Shown: positions 21,173 to 24,000 of the stretch, in pieces | Numbering within the stretch: position 1 is the stretch's first letter | How the letters are laid out: every line of letters starts with the position of its first letter | Assembly (NCBI GenBank): GCA_963703285.1 | Contig: OY969807.1 | Span: forward strand, 583,577-607,576 | Reading direction: 5' to 3' | Length of the DNA stretch: 24,000 bases | From: an uncultured Nitrososphaerota archaeon | Lineage (GTDB): Archaea; Thermoproteota; Nitrososphaeria; Nitrososphaerales; Gagatemarchaeaceae | Notes under the pieces: generated by a model | Database searches by the model: none | What the model was told of the DNA's origin: nothing | What the model saw: the letters and a program-made list of their open reading frames with translations, nothing else | Made by a program: the position numbers and the translations under genes

Positions 21173-24000
21173 CTAGATGACGCAGAACTTCACTGCGTAC
21201 TGTGCGCCCGATGTCTGGACCCATGTGAGCCCCACAGTGTTCCCTGAGTATGATATCGTCACGCCGCCAACGAGGCCCGACACTCCCGGAACCTCGACGG
21301 CCTGGGACCACGACACTGCGTAGTTCGGTGCCGCGCCCACTGTGCCCACCTGGAACGCGAGCTGGTCGTCGATGCCGTACGCGACGTAGAGGCTGCTCCC
21401 TCCGAACGCCATGGAGATGTGCCACGAGTGGTTGACCACGGCGTTGGCCGGGATCACGGAGATCGAGAGTGCGGTGGGAGCCGAGAAGCATCCGCCGTTG
21501 GTCCCTGAGTAGCCCGCGGGGCAGGCTCCTCCGGCTGGGTTGTAGTTGAATGTGTAGAACTGGACGTCAGCCGAGCCTCCCGCGGCAGTCGCCAGGCCTG
21601 CGAAGAAGACCACGTCCGTTCCCGCTACCGGCATCACCACGCCCTGCTGCTGTTGGGTGTAGATCTGGACGCCGGACCAGCTCGCGGGGAGGTCGCTGCA
21701 GAAGCCGGACGCGAGGCTGCCGCCGAGGCAGTAGGTGTTGGACATCGTGTACCCGTGGTCGAAGACCGTTATGTGCGGATACTGGGGCGTGTTACCGACC
21801 GTGAAGGTCGCGGCGACGGCATCAGGCATCACGTAGAGCTCTGAGTGGACCTGGGAGTCGGGGCCGGTGTAGACCGCGTGCAGCTGGACGTCGCCAATCC
21901 CGCCTATAGCTGCCGGAATCTTCCAAGTCGTGAGCGTGAGCTGCCCTACCTCGACGTGCCACATCAGGTTGGAGTCGAGAGCGGGGATTGTGACCCAGAT
22001 GCATCCCTCACCCGGGGAGACCGTCAGACACTGCGCCGACGAGTCGACGTAGATGTTGGGTGACCCGGCCGTGGTGAGACCCGGCGCCGTGTGCACCATC
22101 AGCATCTGGACAGGGCCGAGGCCGCAGTTGCCTGAGCACGCGGTCCACGAGATGGACGCGCCGCCAGCGTTGGCCACGACGGTACCGGAGGCAAAGTAGA
22201 AGCCGCCCGTGAACGAGGGTGAGAGCAGCACTAGGTAGACGTTGTTGTTGTAGTTGGCGACGGCGAAGGAGTACCCCTGGTCGATGCCGTTGACGATCTC
22301 CGTGGCCGGCCCCCACGAGTTGCCGGTGTTGTCCGTGCTCGCGCGGTAGACCAGGTTGGTCCCGTCCGAGTACACCACGAACCAGTGGTTGTCGGCGAAG
22401 AAGAGGGCGTTCTGGCTCCCGTAGGTTATCGCGTAGGCGCTCGTCGTGAACCCGATGGTGGTCACGCTCGGCGAGATGATGGTCAGCTGGTATGTTGAGC
22501 TCGACTGCAACCCGTCAGAGTCTGTCGCGGTCACCGTCCACGTGTAGACACCGAAGGGCGCGTTGGGCGCTATCGTAATCAGCATCGTCGAGGAGGCCCC
22601 GCTGGCGCTCGCCGGGAAGCCATTTGAGGTGTAGATGAGCGTCACTCCTGAAGGCAGGGCGCTGTTTGACAGCGTGATGACGCCGCTGCCACCCGTCGCG
22701 GTTATTGAGCAGCCCACCTGAGTTCCGACTCCCGCCGTCTCGGGCGTGCAGACGCTTATGGAGAGCGGTACAAGGAAGTTCGCGGTCGCGGTCTCAGGTC
22801 CGTTCATGGTGATCTGGATCGAGGGAGAGTCGCACGAAGGTGCGCAGGACCACCCTGACCAGTCTTCGAAGACCGCTCCGGGGGAGGTTGCGGTCGCCGT
22901 CAGGGTCGGGATCGTCCCCCCGAAGTACCACCCGGGCGACGCGCCGGCGCTGCTGGGGGGGGCGGCCGCGACCGTGCCCGCCGAGATCGGGTTAATCACC
23001 ACCGTCAGGAGGTACTGTACCTCGAATGGCACTGTGACTGTGGCCGAGGGGTCCGCGGCCGACAGGGTTACCGGTGTGGGGACAGGGCCCGTGTAGGCGT
23101 ACTGCGTCCCCGCAGGCAGCCATGCCTGCGGCGATGGGACGGTGTAGGTGTAGGACCCCACCGGAGCTGAGCTTATCACTATGTCCTGTGAAGTGCTCGA
23201 ACACGTGTAGGTGGTTCCCGAGTCGAGGACGCACCCGGAGGATCCCGGATTCGGTATCGCTGACGGGGCGGTAACCTGCACGGACCACGAGGGCCCAATC
23301 AGATTCATGCCTGTCTCGACGAATGCGAGTCCCGTGACCAGCGTGAAGCTGGCCGTTATGGTCCCGGTCCCGCTTATGACCGCGGTCGTGCTCGAGGACC
23401 CGGGCACTTCTATCAGGATGCTCCCGGTTTCACTCCACCCTCCGAAGCTGTAGCCGCCGATCCAGTTCCCGATGATGCTCACGCCGGGGAGACCCGCTGC
23501 CTCCCAGACCGGGGTTGCAAAGGGCACGGCCATGCCGCCGGCCGTTATCGAGCCCGTCCCCACGGGCGAGACCACGAAGGTCACCTGGAACTGGTGGTTG
23601 TAGACTATCGGGTCGGTGACCTCGTTGCTCTCGTAGATCGAGGGCCAGGAGCTTAAGCCGGGCTGAACCGTCCACTGCTCCGTGGGGAACGCACCGAGTA
23701 TAGGATCGTTCACGAAGACCTGCTTCGTGGCGTCCAGCCAGACGACGTTGGCCGTGAGGTTCAGGAGGTGGGCCTTGTCGACGCCGAGCGAGTAGTAGTT
23801 TATCGTCACGCTGCTGGGGGCACCGTGGATCGCGCTGCCGTCGGAAGTTTCGTACACGAGCGTCTGTTGGAACTGGTGGTACCATACTATCGACGGGTTC
23901 GTAACGATGTTGGTGGCCGTGATGGTCCAGGATGCGGTTGGCGTGTACCAGCGCTCTCCCGAACCGCCGACGTAGGTCTGGGTCACGCTTGCCGTGGTGC
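21173..24000 (-). CDS. Very large secreted/surface protein (over 940 aa, 5' end outside the window) with InlB-B-repeat-like modules and a C-terminal BNR/Asp-box-containing beta-rich region
   Basis: The frame is open through 24000; the ORF-track start at 23986 is an internal GTG. Repeated modules follow the pattern Y.L/V.V...P...G.......Y..G....L.A.....F..WSG.......T...TA.F, for example QYLLTVVINPISAGTV...FEDWSGW...ATANF and QFQVTFVVSPVGTGSI...FGGWSETG...ITASF. An Asp-box-like STDNTGNSWGP is also present. Confidence 0.8.
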   Translation of the reverse strand, partial: TTASVTQTYVGGSGERWYTPTASWTITATNIVTNPSIVWYHQFQQTLVYETSDGSAIHGAPSSVTINYYSLGVDKAHLLNLTANVVWLDATKQVFVNDPILGAFPTEQWTVQPGLSSWPSIYESNEVTDPIVYNHQFQVTFVVSPVGTGSITAGGMAVPFATPVWEAAGLPGVSIIGNWIGGYSFGGWSETGSILIEVPGSSSTTAVISGTGTITASFTLVTGLAFVETGMNLIGPSWSVQVTAPSAIPNPGSSGCVLDSGTTYTCSSTSQDIVISSAPVGSYTYTVPSPQAWLPAGTQYAYTGPVPTPVTLSAADPSATVTVPFEVQYLLTVVINPISAGTVAAAPPSSAGASPGWYFGGTIPTLTATATSPGAVFEDWSGWSCAPSCDSPSIQITMNGPETATANFLVPLSISVCTPETAGVGTQVGCSITATGGSGVITLSNSALPSGVTLIYTSNGFPASASGASSTMLITIAPNAPFGVYTWTVTATDSDGLQSSSTYQLTIISPSVTTIGFTTSAYAITYGSQNALFFADNHWFVVYSDGTNLVYRASTDNTGNSWGPATEIVNGIDQGYSFAVANYNNNVYLVLLSPSFTGGFYFASGTVVANAGGASISWTACSGNCGLGPVQMLMVHTAPGLTTAGSPNIYVDSSAQCLTVSPGEGCIWVTIPALDSNLMWHVEVGQLTLTTWKIPAAIGGIGDVQLHAVYTGPDSQVHSELYVMPDAVAATFTVGNTPQYPHITVFDHGYTMSNTYCLGGSLASGFCSDLPASWSGVQIYTQQQQGVVMPVAGTDVVFFAGLATAAGGSADVQFYTFNYNPAGGACPAGYSGTNGGCFSAPTALSISVIPANAVVNHSWHISMAFGGSSLYVAYGIDDQLAFQVGTVGAAPNYAVSWSQAVEVPGVSGLVGGVTISYSGNTVGLTWVQTSGAQYAVKFCVI

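Noticed and set aside
1-24000. CRISPR arrays, rRNA genes, transposases/IS elements and integrases
   Set aside because: No regularly spaced direct repeats with unique spacers were found, and no rRNA-like conserved stretches. No ORF has DDE/HUH transposase motifs or tyrosine/serine recombinase motifs. The only repeat family seen is the tRNA-3'-end-like element.

Overview
This 24 kb window looks archaeal. The evidence is an aRF1-family gene, an intron-bearing tRNA-Leu, TATA-like boxes about 25-30 nt upstream of several start codons (leaderless-style), a class III (pilin-type) signal peptide and an AN1-zinc-finger/M50 protease. Left to right: (1) a minus-strand operon of a MarR regulator, a B12-binding radical SAM enzyme and a second radical SAM enzyme split by a frame change. 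It is divergent from a dienelactone hydrolase and an MFS exporter. (2) A cupin, two tail-anchored mini-ORFs below the ORF-track cutoff, and a radical SAM enzyme with a Cys-rich C-terminus. (3) A MutS2-like ATPase with no Smr or mismatch-binding domain, directly downstream of an aRF1 paralog. That paralog has lost the catalytic GGQ (now GGW), NIKS (now EIKS) and YxCxxxF (now FxIxxxF) motifs. (4) A tRNA-Leu(GAG) with a 17-nt intron, followed by four type II toxin-antitoxin cassettes (AbrB-PIN, Doc, RHH-RelE, AbrB-PIN). Decayed, non-foldable copies of the tRNA 3' end mark the cassette boundaries. (5) A cell-surface cluster: a small Sec-secreted protein converging on an operon of a protein over 940 aa with InlB-type repeats and a BNR-like motif, an AN1-M50 protease, and a protein of about 770 aa with a pilin-like N-terminus and a frameshifted C-terminus. 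The two most interesting observations are the tRNA-fragment-punctuated TA cassette array and the degenerate aRF1 paralog beside the MutS2-like ATPase. All functional calls come from motif recognition by eye; no database search was run.
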